From NCBI GenBank assembly GCA_048270185.1, contig JBLWTJ010000001.1, forward strand, positions 960,001 through 1,024,000: a stretch of DNA of 64,000 bases. Direction: 5' to 3'. The DNA is from Bacteriovoracaceae bacterium. GTDB lineage: Bacteria; Bdellovibrionota; Bacteriovoracia; Bacteriovoracales; Bacteriovoracaceae. The translations under genes and the position numbers were made by a program. Position 1 is the stretch's first letter; every line of letters begins with the position of its first letter. Of this stretch, positions 10,432 through 20,134 are shown in pieces. The notes beneath the pieces are model-generated. The model saw only the letters and a list, made by a program, of their open reading frames with translations, was not told the origin of the DNA and made no database searches.

Positions 10432-11286
10432 TTACTTACTTTGAACAGTATAACCATGAGAATCGAGTATCGGGTAAAGCTTTTCATAAAATTCTCCCAA
10501 GCTAGTAAGTTCACCCTTATAAATATTAAAATCAATATAATCTTTATATATTTCTCTATAGTTATTCTTAAAACGCTCTTTATCAACTATTTGATATGTC
10601 TTTCTGGCGGGGTTTATAAATGAAGAATTATCGACTTCAAGAGAAAACAAATCATCTTCACTCAAGTCTAACCTTTTACAAAATATACGAACTGCTTCCC
10701 CGAAGTGCTTAGCAGAAAATGTTGACAAATATTCATTTTCACTAAGTTTCTTCTTACGTAAAGATGTATTAAAAGCTAAATCAACCGCTTTCCCCGTAAA
10801 ATAATGGTCGAAACGTGAATCCGATTCAAAATGGTACATCCAGATACCACTATTTTCTCCACCCACTATTCTTGAATTAAAGTGTTTGTTCGAGTACATC
10901 ATTTCTAAACATGATAAAGAGTCGATGTACCACCTCTTTATAGAGATATAGTTTTTATCAGATGGGTCAAGATTCAGATTGGCATATAAAGCCTCTCCCC
11001 AATTCATATAAGCCTTCAAAAGCTTTTTATCTTTATGGTAGATCTTCAAATTACCATATGCTTCAATATCATCTCTAATATTATTTGAATTCTTATCTTC
11101 ACCTAAGATAGTTTCAGTTTGATCCTGATATTCAGCATCTAGCTTTATCGCATTTTGAAAAAATATTCCATATAAGAACATTGGAGCGACAACAATAAGA
11201 GCTAAAATAAATCCAAACAAAGCAATTATTTTTTGAGGAAGCCCAAGGTATAGGCTAATTGCAACGAGCCATTTATTAAGGTTCAT
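10432..11286 (-). CDS. hypothetical membrane-anchored protein
   Basis: 284-aa ORF with N-terminal hydrophobic segment, AT-rich. Confidence 0.7.
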   Translation of the reverse strand: MNLNKWLVAISLYLGLPQKIIALFGFILALIVVAPMFLYGIFFQNAIKLDAEYQDQTETILGEDKNSNNIRDDIEAYGNLKIYHKDKKLLKAYMNWGEALYANLNLDPSDKNYISIKRWYIDSLSCLEMMYSNKHFNSRIVGGENSGIWMYHFESDSRFDHYFTGKAVDLAFNTSLRKKKLSENEYLSTFSAKHFGEAVRIFCKRLDLSEDDLFSLEVDNSSFINPARKTYQIVDKERFKNNYREIYKDYIDFNIYKGELTSLGEFYEKLYPILDSHGYTVQSK

Positions 11287-11437
11287 TTAATATTTCCTAA
11301 TCTATATTATCTTACAAATTCTTATCGGAACAAATCTCACAAAATATTATTGACGTTAAAAAGAAATTCACCCCACTAGGCATAGGGCAATTGAGAGTTT
11401 ACCTATAGAAATTCTAAAGAAAGATGGTGAGCAAGAC

Positions 11438-12562
11438 TTATTTATCACCCTTACGCTTGATCTCAACTTTTAAGTCGCGCTCAATTTTCTTGAGGAGTTT
11501 TTCTTCCTCAGGAGCAACGTAAGAGATGGCAACACCACGGCGTCCGGCGCGCGCTGTACGGCCAATACGGTGAGTGTAATTCTCACTTATATTTGGTAGG
11601 TGGAAGTTAATGATATAGCCAATATTGTCCACATCAATTCCGCGGGCAGCGATATCAGTTGCAACTAAGACATCGACCTTACCTTTTTTGAATTCACGAA
11701 GAACAAAGATGCGCTCGCTCTGCTGCTTATCAGAGTGAATGGCACGGGCCTTAATTTGGGCGTCAGCAAGTTTACGTGTCAGCTTATTAGCAAGGGACTT
11801 TGTTTTCACAAAGACAATGAGGTTTTTAACATTGCGATCTTTGATGAATTTAATTAAGAAATTTGGCTTATCTTCTTCACGACAAAAATAAGCTATCTGC
11901 TTAATACGTTCAATACCCGTATTCACTTCTTCGATCTCAATTTTAAGTGGATCGTTTAATAGATCCTTGGCGATGGCCTCAACTTTCTTTGCCATCGTCG
12001 CCGAAAACATTAAAGAAGTCTTCTTACTTGGAAGCTTAGCTAAAATGGCCTCAATATCATTTTGAAAACCCATATCAAGCATACGATCAGCTTCATCAAG
12101 AATAAGATATTCAAGTTCATCAAAGAAGACTTGATCTTCATTCATTAAATCAAGCAGACGCCCAGGAGTTGCAACGAGAAGTTGAACTCCCTTAGAGAGA
12201 TCCTTAACTTGCATCTTACGACTTGAGCCACCAAAGACACTAACGGTATTTAGGGCCAGACCCTTTCCGTAATCTTTTAGACTTTGCTCCACTTGCATGG
12301 CAAGTTCTCTTGTTGGCACAAGGATGAGTGAGCGCGTATGAAAAGGCTTCATCTTCTTCTTATTTGTTGAAAGATTGTGTAGCAGTGGCAGGCAAAAGGC
12401 GGCCGTCTTTCCACTTCCAGTTTGTGAAAGAGCAATCAAATCACGTCCTTCAATGACAGGAGTAATCGCCTGCTCTTGAATCGGAGTTGGAGTGGTGTAA
12501 CCCTTTTTAGAGAGGGCCTCGAGTATTGTTGGAGCAAGCCCCAGATCTTTAAATTCTGCCAT
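11438..12562 (-). CDS. DEAD-box RNA helicase (RhlE-like, minimal core)
   Basis: Q motif, SQTGSGKT, PTRELA, TPGR, DEAD, SAT, ARGID, HRIGRTAR. Confidence 0.95.
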   Translation of the reverse strand: MAEFKDLGLAPTILEALSKKGYTTPTPIQEQAITPVIEGRDLIALSQTGSGKTAAFCLPLLHNLSTNKKKMKPFHTRSLILVPTRELAMQVEQSLKDYGKGLALNTVSVFGGSSRKMQVKDLSKGVQLLVATPGRLLDLMNEDQVFFDELEYLILDEADRMLDMGFQNDIEAILAKLPSKKTSLMFSATMAKKVEAIAKDLLNDPLKIEIEEVNTGIERIKQIAYFCREEDKPNFLIKFIKDRNVKNLIVFVKTKSLANKLTRKLADAQIKARAIHSDKQQSERIFVLREFKKGKVDVLVATDIAARGIDVDNIGYIINFHLPNISENYTHRIGRTARAGRRGVAISYVAPEEEKLLKKIERDLKVEIKRKGDK

Positions 12563-12587
12563 TCGTCATTTTTAGCAGAAATGTGGA

Positions 12588-13172
12588 TTATTGGCCACTA
12601 AGACTTAGATGAAATTTAATGATAATCGTATCATCAAGGCGTGCATACCAAGGAGAGGTATTGTTAATATCCAACTCATTTAAAGATAAGAAACACTGGC
12701 CAAGAACCATGGTCTTATTTCCTCCCTCCATTTTGGCGAGGTAGAGCTTAATTGGATGTTTAAGGCCTAGTATTGAGATGGTTCCATCAGTTTCTCCATC
12801 AAAATTGACTTCACCTTTGATTTCAATCTCAATTTCTTTAAAGCGATCTGTAAGGAGATAGTCTTGATCCATGATCTCATTGCGAAATTGATCATTTATA
12901 TCAAGAGAGCTACTTGGAATCGTAAGCTTTAAGTCACTGATTACCAATTCCCAGCGTCTGGTCTTAGACTTGAATTCAATATGTGCTTTCTTGGCAACAC
13001 CTTCGCTTGAAGTTGTCACAAGTCCTGCGTTTGTTGTTTTCAAATAGAAGGAAATACGATTCTTTCCAAGAAGAGCGTCGCGATAGGAGTCATGAGAGAT
13101 TTGAATGATGTCCTTTGCAACTGTAGTAAGTTGCACTGCAAGCATCACAAAAATGGATAGTATTAATCGCAT
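12588..13172 (-). CDS. YceI-like lipid/polyisoprenoid-binding periplasmic protein (paralog 2)
   Basis: IPSSSLD..DQFRNE.M, F.EI, G.ISILG..HPI; start after GGGAG RBS. Confidence 0.7.
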   Translation of the reverse strand: MRLILSIFVMLAVQLTTVAKDIIQISHDSYRDALLGKNRISFYLKTTNAGLVTTSSEGVAKKAHIEFKSKTRRWELVISDLKLTIPSSSLDINDQFRNEIMDQDYLLTDRFKEIEIEIKGEVNFDGETDGTISILGLKHPIKLYLAKMEGGNKTMVLGQCFLSLNELDINNTSPWYARLDDTIIIKFHLSLSGQ

Positions 13173-13342
13173 GAAAAACTCTCCCAATAACCCATTATAT
13201 CGGCAGAATGATTTAAAAGAATTCGATGCAATTATGGGAGAAAGAATCACCAACTTAGAAAGTTAGGGCATTCAAACGCCCATAAATCTGTGCAAGTTTT
13301 CACTGAGCACAGATAATTGGTAAATAGCAGAAATTACAACGA

Positions 13343-13918
13343 CTAATTCCCTAACGTAATATGAAACTTGACGATGACATTATCATCTACTGTTGCAATC
13401 CAAATTGATGGATCAGGAATTTCAAGCTTCTTCAATGAAAGAAAGCTTTGCCCAATAAGCATCAGCTTTCCCTCACCTTCTTTCTTAGAGATATGAACCA
13501 TAATTTCATGCTTCTTACCTAAGATTGTGATCATTGCCTTATTTTCCTTCTCAAATTTAACAGGGCCTTTGATGTCAATTTGAATGTCATTGTACTTATC
13601 GACTTGTAAGCATTTCTCATACATCTTCTTATTACGAGAATTATTATCTGTATCAAGAGAACGACTTGGAATAACGAGATGAATATCCCTTAGTGTTAAT
13701 TTTTTTCTCTTATGATTGCTATTGTAATGAATAGAGAAACTCTTTGCGACACCTTCAAATGAAGTTGTAATCATCCCCGCCTTTGTGGACTTCATATAGA
13801 ATGTTATATTACTGGGACCAACGAGGGCATCATCATAAGAGCTGTAGTTCAAATCTAGTTTTTCACGAGCAAGAATCGTACTTGAGAATAATAACATTAT
13901 TAAGAAGTAGAATTTCAT
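13343..13918 (-). CDS. YceI-like lipid/polyisoprenoid-binding periplasmic protein (paralog 1)
   Basis: Signal peptide; SLDTDNNSRNKKM...L...KY..I; IPDPS; VDDNV.VKF. Confidence 0.75.
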   Translation of the reverse strand: MKFYFLIMLLFSSTILAREKLDLNYSSYDDALVGPSNITFYMKSTKAGMITTSFEGVAKSFSIHYNSNHKRKKLTLRDIHLVIPSRSLDTDNNSRNKKMYEKCLQVDKYNDIQIDIKGPVKFEKENKAMITILGKKHEIMVHISKKEGEGKLMLIGQSFLSLKKLEIPDPSIWIATVDDNVIVKFHITLGN

Positions 13919-13928
13919 ATTTCTCCCT

Positions 13929-15080
13929 TTAAAAAAATAAAATCTTCTTTAGGCCCTGCAGAGGCGAATAAATATTACCAATTATACCAATAAAGGCGTC
14001 TCTTCTTTGTTTACTTTTGTTTAAGAATTTAGCGATGAACTCAATAAGTCTTGCATGTTTAATAAGCCACTGAAAACCGTTATTTAAAACTGACTTCTGC
14101 TGAAACTCACGCATCTTGGCGCTGCGATAATTCATGAGAGCGTTCGTAAAAGAAAGTAAGCTCGTATCAGCTTCTAATGCTTCCCAAAGTAAATTTGCAG
14201 TACGAAGAGCATTAAAAATTCCCTCTCCTGTTATGGGGTCAACAAATCCTGCAGCATCACCAATTAGGGCCAGATTATGACCAATGATATCTGAGACTCG
14301 ATGTTCAATTGGAAAGCTTGAGTGGATTTGGGTATCAGGACTAAGAGTTACCTTAACACCATTATTTGAAAGCTTCTTAAGATAGTACTCAAAAGTTTTT
14401 CTAGTATTTCCATGCTCTTTGACAACTTCAGGATTGCACACGAGAGAAATATTTAACTCTTCGTCACCGATGGGATCAAGGCCAATATAGCTGCCGTCAT
14501 CAAAGATATGCATCTGACCTTTACGCCTTAGTGGCCGATCAATTTTAACCCACGAGTGTATGGCAATTCGCTTACTCTTAGCAGGGATCGTAAGTCCTAC
14601 ACTCTTTGCAACAAATGAATTGCGTCCATCAGCGCCAACTAAGAGTCTGCCACAATAAGACTCATCATCACTTGTCCAAACTTGCCAATAATTACCCTGA
14701 CAAACTATTTTGGTAATGGTCTTTCCTAATTTTATTTGAGCACCAGTACTTAGGGCCACATCAAAGAGGGCCTGATCAAAGAATTGGCGGTTAACACTTA
14801 TTCCGAATCGCTCTTCAGGAAAGTCTGTATCAACTTCAGTTGCTTTTGGTGTATAGATTTTCATGCCACTAAGCTTTGGAAATTTATCTGCGATAAATGA
14901 GAGGTTCATTTTATTTAATTCCTCAACCCCTAGAGGACACAGATATTCACCACATACTTTTCTTTTAATTTCTCTAGATCGATCAAGAACTAAAACTTCA
15001 CGCCCATTCTTACTCATCAGATGAGCGAGACTTGATCCAGCAGGGCCTGCCCCAATAATAATGGCATCATAGATTTTCAT
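13929..15080 (-). CDS. FAD-dependent oxidoreductase (geranylgeranyl reductase / aromatic hydroxylase family)
   Basis: DAIIIGAGPAG, KVCGEYL, GADGRNS, GDAAGFVDPITGEGI; start 15080 overlaps the MMPL gene end. Confidence 0.88.
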   Translation of the reverse strand: MKIYDAIIIGAGPAGSSLAHLMSKNGREVLVLDRSREIKRKVCGEYLCPLGVEELNKMNLSFIADKFPKLSGMKIYTPKATEVDTDFPEERFGISVNRQFFDQALFDVALSTGAQIKLGKTITKIVCQGNYWQVWTSDDESYCGRLLVGADGRNSFVAKSVGLTIPAKSKRIAIHSWVKIDRPLRRKGQMHIFDDGSYIGLDPIGDEELNISLVCNPEVVKEHGNTRKTFEYYLKKLSNNGVKVTLSPDTQIHSSFPIEHRVSDIIGHNLALIGDAAGFVDPITGEGIFNALRTANLLWEALEADTSLLSFTNALMNYRSAKMREFQQKSVLNNGFQWLIKHARLIEFIAKFLNKSKQRRDAFIGIIGNIYSPLQGLKKILFF

Positions 15081-17100
15081 ATTGCACCTTCTTATATTGA
15101 CTATTCCCCAAGTACATTGTTGGAAGGACAAAGAGATCAAAGATCATTCCGCAAAATAAAATGAAAGCGAGATTAATGCCAAATTCACGTATTGGCAGAA
15201 AGCTATAGAGACTAAAGAGAGAGAATGAAAAGATTAAAATGAATGAACTTGTCACAACAGGAGTGACAATTGTTTCTATAAATCTTTGAAAGTCGATTTC
15301 TTCTTGTTCTAAGAAGTGAAGAATATGGAATGTACTATCAACAACCATACCTAGCCCCACACTATAGGTCATAACCGTTGCAATATTGAGGGACATGTTA
15401 AAGAAGTAGATAAAGAATAGAGATAAGCCAAGTGGCAAGGTATTGACCACGATAAAGATCACAAAGAGTTTAAGCTTCTTAAGACTTACAACTGCAATGG
15501 TTGCCATAATAAGAAGACTTAGAAGAAAGCTCTTTGCTAGCGTATGGACCATCTCTCTTTGAGAGATCATAAGATTATAGTAGAGACCATCGATTTTATA
15601 ATCATGGCCCTTAAGAGTTTGTCTCACCTGTGCGATCATCTCATCATATTGATCCACATTAACAGGCTTACCAAGTAATGTTATTTTATAGCCTTCACTT
15701 CCTATTGGATAAGCACTCTTGATTCCATCCGGAGCTTTTGAATAAAGGGCGGTATAGGCAAAGTGATTATCTGGTAGAGCATCAATTCCTGCGTAGTCCT
15801 TATTCATTTCCTTAATCACTTGGTTTTGAGAAATGAGGTGCACTCCTTCAATGGAGCTTAAACGATCTTCCACTTGGGCAAGCTTTAAACGATATTTGAA
15901 GTCGAGTCCTTCTTCAGGTGTTTTAAATCCAATTTCTGCGATTGGAACGCCACCAGTTACTTTTAAGACTTCTTGGAAGTTCTTTTGGATTTTCGAGTCC
16001 TTGGCAAAGTACTTTGTTGCATCAGTGACAATGTTGACCTTCTCACTACCAAGTCCTCCAAGGATAAGGGAGATAAGACACAGTCCAATTATTGTGATGA
16101 TTGAGAAAGACTTTGTTGGGTACTTAGAAAGCTTTACGTTGATAACTTCTTTGTAAGTAAGATATTCACTAATACTCATAAGCCAAAGTGCTGAAACGAG
16201 AGTTGTTAAGACGATGAGTATTCCACTTAATAGGCCAAAGATTCGAATAACAAAAATCTCACTCGTGTACAATGAGAGAAAGCCCACAAAAGTAGTAATG
16301 AGCATAAGAGAAATTGGCTTAAATTTTTCATATAGAGCGCTTTTTATACTCTTTGTCTTAATTGCACTGAAGTAGATATGCTGACCTAAAGAGAGGTTTA
16401 TAACAAAGGCCATAAGAGGCACGATTGATGTCACCATATTCATATTTGTATAGAAGAATTTAATACTTGAAAGCGATAGAAGCGCACTAAAGAGGCATGG
16501 GATAAAGAGAAGTGCAGCATCTTTTATTGATCTGACAAAGAACCAAATAAGAAAGAAGGAAAAGACAAACATGATGGGAAAGAGACGCTCTTGAACTAAG
16601 CTTGAAGCATCATCCAAGAGGTAATTGGTGTAATCATGACCCGCACTCTCTAGTCCTAAATCACTTGTCTCAATATAGTGAACGATCTTTTTCAAACTCC
16701 CCTTCTCACCTGTATTAAAGATTAAAGCGGCCATCGTTTCATGATCGATTAACTTCTTTCCAAAAATTTTCTCATCGAATTCTTTTCGCGTTTTATAGAG
16801 ATCATGAGGATAGACAAAGCTGCACTCGTCATCGCAGATCTCTTCTATTTTTTTAATCTTTAAAAGAAAGTCTTTATAGCTTTCAAGATTAACTTGGGCT
16901 TCTTGCATATTTTCAAACACCACAAGACTTTCGGCCTCAGGGTACTCTTCTTGAAACTTGGTATATTCTCTCATTCCTTCATCAGTTAGAAAGATTGATT
17001 CAGGATTCTTTTGCTGCATCCTTGCCGTATAAATAGCAGAGGCGACAAAGGATGCGGCAAAGAGAATTAGGAATGTAAGCTTTGTGAAATTCTTATTCAC
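15067..17100 (-). CDS. MMPL/RND-family lipid exporter
   Basis: Two TM bundles with periplasmic loops; TTFVGFLSL, GLGMVVDSTFH, PIREFG; GTG start at 17100. Confidence 0.85.
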   Translation of the reverse strand: MNKNFTKLTFLILFAASFVASAIYTARMQQKNPESIFLTDEGMREYTKFQEEYPEAESLVVFENMQEAQVNLESYKDFLLKIKKIEEICDDECSFVYPHDLYKTRKEFDEKIFGKKLIDHETMAALIFNTGEKGSLKKIVHYIETSDLGLESAGHDYTNYLLDDASSLVQERLFPIMFVFSFFLIWFFVRSIKDAALLFIPCLFSALLSLSSIKFFYTNMNMVTSIVPLMAFVINLSLGQHIYFSAIKTKSIKSALYEKFKPISLMLITTFVGFLSLYTSEIFVIRIFGLLSGILIVLTTLVSALWLMSISEYLTYKEVINVKLSKYPTKSFSIITIIGLCLISLILGGLGSEKVNIVTDATKYFAKDSKIQKNFQEVLKVTGGVPIAEIGFKTPEEGLDFKYRLKLAQVEDRLSSIEGVHLISQNQVIKEMNKDYAGIDALPDNHFAYTALYSKAPDGIKSAYPIGSEGYKITLLGKPVNVDQYDEMIAQVRQTLKGHDYKIDGLYYNLMISQREMVHTLAKSFLLSLLIMATIAVVSLKKLKLFVIFIVVNTLPLGLSLFFIYFFNMSLNIATVMTYSVGLGMVVDSTFHILHFLEQEEIDFQRFIETIVTPVVTSSFILIFSFSLFSLYSFLPIREFGINLAFILFCGMIFDLFVLPTMYLGNSQYKKVQYENL

Positions 17101-17101
17101 C

Positions 17102-18157
17102 TTACTTCCATTCAAGCAGAATACTCTGGGCCATAAAGCCAGGGCCAAAGGCCAGCATATAACCAGTTTGTCCCTTTTTTATTTCACGCTCACGATTTAC
17201 TTTCTCAAAGATATGCATAATGGTCGCACTCGACATATTTCCATGATTTTCTAGCACCCACTTTGATTCTGAAATATCCTTTTGGAAGTCAGAGATATAG
17301 GCCTCAACCATTTGAATGATCTTCTTTCCACCTGGGTGAAACATATAATTATCAATATCCGCTACCCCGTAACCATTGCGTTTTAGAAATGGCAGGAAAA
17401 TATCTTCAAAGTTTCCTTCAATGGCACTTGGAACATCCTTATCAAGAATAATTTTTAGCCCTGAGTTTGTGAGGTTAAATCCCATCAGATACTCACCGCC
17501 TGCAAAGTGATACATATCAGTATCAACAATATGAGCACCATCTCCTTCTCCACCTTTTAAGATGGCACAAGCAAAGCCGTCGGAGAAGATGGCCGTCGAA
17601 ACAAGGTTGGAAGCATCAAGATCATTTAATTGAAAAGTGATACTTGGAATCTCAAGAGTTAAGATGGCACAAGTCTTATCAGGGTTGGCCTTTAAAAATT
17701 GATCGGCGTAGATTAAGGCCGATGTTCCACCAGCACATCCCATTTCAGTAACAGGAAGTCTTATGATATCACCACGAAGACCAAGCTCATCGACTAAGTA
17801 GGCATCAACAGATGGAATCATGAAACCAGTACAACTTGTTGTGATAATGAAATCTAATTGCTCTGGTTTAGTCCCCGAATTCTTGAGTGCCCTCTCCAAC
17901 ACACGCTTGCCATAGCGAACCATTTCTTTCTTATAAATATTATTTTTTTCCTCAAAGCTTAAATCTGAAAAAACGGTCTCCAGATCAACAACAGAACATC
18001 GTTCATCGATCTTGGCTCCCTTAAAGATTTTCAAGGCCTTGCGTCTGGTTAGCTCATCGACTTTTGAAAGCCATAGGCGATCAGCAACCGCGATTATTTC
18101 ATCAGTTGTGTAAGTGTTGTCGGGTTTACAAATTTCCGTATGTACGATTCGTGTCAT
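17102..18157 (-). CDS. type III polyketide synthase
   Basis: SCTGF.IPS, catalytic Cys (EMGCAGG), His (HPGG), Asn (HGNMSS), AFGPG. Confidence 0.95.
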   Translation of the reverse strand: MTRIVHTEICKPDNTYTTDEIIAVADRLWLSKVDELTRRKALKIFKGAKIDERCSVVDLETVFSDLSFEEKNNIYKKEMVRYGKRVLERALKNSGTKPEQLDFIITTSCTGFMIPSVDAYLVDELGLRGDIIRLPVTEMGCAGGTSALIYADQFLKANPDKTCAILTLEIPSITFQLNDLDASNLVSTAIFSDGFACAILKGGEGDGAHIVDTDMYHFAGGEYLMGFNLTNSGLKIILDKDVPSAIEGNFEDIFLPFLKRNGYGVADIDNYMFHPGGKKIIQMVEAYISDFQKDISESKWVLENHGNMSSATIMHIFEKVNREREIKKGQTGYMLAFGPGFMAQSILLEWK

Positions 18158-18209
18158 GCTGTCCTCCTAGCACTACTAATTCTCGTCCAAACAGGTAAAA
18201 TTAGTAACT

Positions 18210-18280
18210 GGACTTAGGTCCTAATTCGAAATAAACTAAATAATATTAGATAGTTATATTACCATATAGGACTTAAGTAC
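18210..18280. promoter_or_regulatory. two GGAC-N4-GT(C/A)C palindromic boxes, candidate operators
   Basis: GGACTTAGGTCC 18210-18221 and GGACTTAAGTAC 18269-18280 in the PKS/LuxR divergent spacer. Confidence 0.45.
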
Positions 18281-18281
18281 A

Positions 18282-18800
18282 ATGCAATCTCTAAGTAAAA
18301 AAGAACGCCTAATAAGCGGCCTTCTCTTTCTATCCATCTCGATCTTTCTCATCTTTGATATCTACGAAGATATTTCAGAGGGAGCAAGTCTTGAACATGT
18401 CACGGAAGAGTCCATCATCATGGTTCTAGGCTTTATCGGAGTTGCAACACTATGGTTTAAGTGGCTATTTACAAAAAAAGAAAACTTAAGATTTAATTCA
18501 GATACAAAGAAATTAAAAAAGGATCTCGCTGAATATAAGGCAAAGACCAAGGAATTATCTCAAGGTCTTTCAGAGAAGATCATGATCCAATTTAATGATT
18601 GGCAATTAACTAAATCTGAAAAGGATATTGCACTCCTACTTCTTAAAGGCCTAAGTATTAGAGAAATATCTGAAATCCGTGCCACTTCGGAAAAAACTAT
18701 TAAACTCCACTGTACACACCTTTACCAAAAATCAAACCTAAGTGGACGCGCTGATCTGTCGGCCTTCTTCTTGGAAGATATCTTAATTATTCATGAATAA
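18282..18800 (+). CDS. LuxR-family HTH regulator with two N-terminal TM helices
   Basis: LTKSEKDIALLLLKGLSIREIS..R..SEKTIK.H...LY.K. Confidence 0.9.
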   Translation: MQSLSKKERLISGLLFLSISIFLIFDIYEDISEGASLEHVTEESIIMVLGFIGVATLWFKWLFTKKENLRFNSDTKKLKKDLAEYKAKTKELSQGLSEKIMIQFNDWQLTKSEKDIALLLLKGLSIREISEIRATSEKTIKLHCTHLYQKSNLSGRADLSAFFLEDILIIHE

Positions 18801-18802
18801 GC

Positions 18803-18829
18803 AAGGCCCTAATAAATAGGGCCTTCTTT
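18803..18829. terminator. hairpin between convergent genes (AAGGCCCT family)
   Basis: AAGGCCCTA-ataaa-TAGGGCCTT. Confidence 0.7.
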
Positions 18830-18830
18830 A

Positions 18831-19340
18831 TTAATGATTATCCTTCTTATCTCCACTACTCTTTCTTTCACTATCACTAAATAACTTCACAAAATTATCA
18901 CTCGCATCCTTCACTTCAATTTTCTTACTTTTACTTGTAGCAGACTTTGGAAGGGCCAAGTAAAGGATACCATCTTGAAGTTGGGCCTGAACTTCATCTT
19001 TTTTAATAGTCGCTGGAACACTTAAACGACGTGAAAAAGTTTGAGTTTCTCCCCCTCCATTTTCAAATAAGGTCTTACGCTCACCCTTAATTGAAACAAC
19101 ACCATCATCAACTTCAATAGTCATATCCTCTTTCTTTACACCTGGCATATCAACACTTAATAAGTAAGCAGAATCAGTTTCCTTGATATTACCAAATTCA
19201 TTTTGACTGGCCGTACGCCCTTGCCAAATATCTTCGAGACCTTCAATCATATTATGAAACTCTTGATCAAAGAGACTCGTATTCAAAAGGCCATTGGTAA
19301 AAGGTGAACGATTTCTTGCGACCATAGATCTGCGACTCAT
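18831..19340 (-). CDS. Hsp20/alpha-crystallin small heat shock protein
   Basis: DMPGVKKED, IKGER, FSRRLSVP, A.L.DGILYLALPK. Confidence 0.93.
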   Translation of the reverse strand: MSRRSMVARNRSPFTNGLLNTSLFDQEFHNMIEGLEDIWQGRTASQNEFGNIKETDSAYLLSVDMPGVKKEDMTIEVDDGVVSIKGERKTLFENGGGETQTFSRRLSVPATIKKDEVQAQLQDGILYLALPKSATSKSKKIEVKDASDNFVKLFSDSERKSSGDKKDNH

Positions 19341-19442
19341 AAAAACACTCCTTATTAGGTTGATAGATTATTTGCATATTAACACCGCGCTCCATTCGAA
19401 TAAAGTTAAGACTTTCTCAAAAGATTGCCCTAGAATTTATCT

Positions 19443-19658
19443 ATGATTGAAATGAATAAAGAGCATCTTTTAAAATTTGTGCAAGTGCGAATGCCTTTTG
19501 GGAAGTATCAAGGAAGACTTTTAATCGACCTCCCTGATGAGTACTTAGTGTGGTTTTCTAATAAGGGGTTTCCAAAAGGAGAGCTTGGTAAACTCTTAGA
19601 AGAGCTGGCCGAGATAAAGCTCAATGGACTTGAGTACTTGTTCAAAGATTTACGTTAA
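19443..19658 (+). CDS. DUF3820-family small protein
   Basis: MPFGKYQGR.LIDLP.EYLVWF...GFP.G.LG. Confidence 0.85.
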   Translation: MIEMNKEHLLKFVQVRMPFGKYQGRLLIDLPDEYLVWFSNKGFPKGELGKLLEELAEIKLNGLEYLFKDLR

Positions 19659-19668
19659 TCAATGCATA

Positions 19669-20133
19669 TCATAAGAGATATTTATCATAGAGAATTTTGC
19701 TCCAGAAGGCGAAACCAATACTATTAAGAATTAGAATGAGAATAATCCTTGTGAATTTTAACTTTTCACGATGAGTGACCGCTAAGATGAGCTTATAGAT
19801 TGACAGAATATTCAGAACAAGTGGAACAACTAACATACCAAAGATAGCAAGTCTTAGAGAATCATGAAGATAATCAACTTCCCTTTTTGATTCTGTTATT
19901 TTCGTGTGATCAATGACTTCAATATCATGCTTTTCCAGTAAGAATTTTGCATCGATAAAGTAGAGCTCTTCTACGAATATAGTATACTCATTGGCCGATG
20001 AAGCATTAAGGTAAATATGATTATTTAAAAGGCTACTCGATACCTCTGATTTAAAACCAGATTCATCGAGTAGATTTCTAATATGATCAGCATCTTCTTT
20101 GATTAGTGTGGTGTAAATTGCTTTTCTTTTCAT
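19669..20133 (-). CDS. hypothetical membrane protein (DUF2007-like N-terminus, 2 TM)
   Basis: A..IRNLL..SG pattern followed by two hydrophobic helices; directly downstream of the 1012-aa gene. Confidence 0.55.
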   Translation of the reverse strand: MKRKAIYTTLIKEDADHIRNLLDESGFKSEVSSSLLNNHIYLNASSANEYTIFVEELYFIDAKFLLEKHDIEVIDHTKITESKREVDYLHDSLRLAIFGMLVVPLVLNILSIYKLILAVTHREKLKFTRIILILILNSIGFAFWSKILYDKYLL

Positions 20134-20134
20134 T

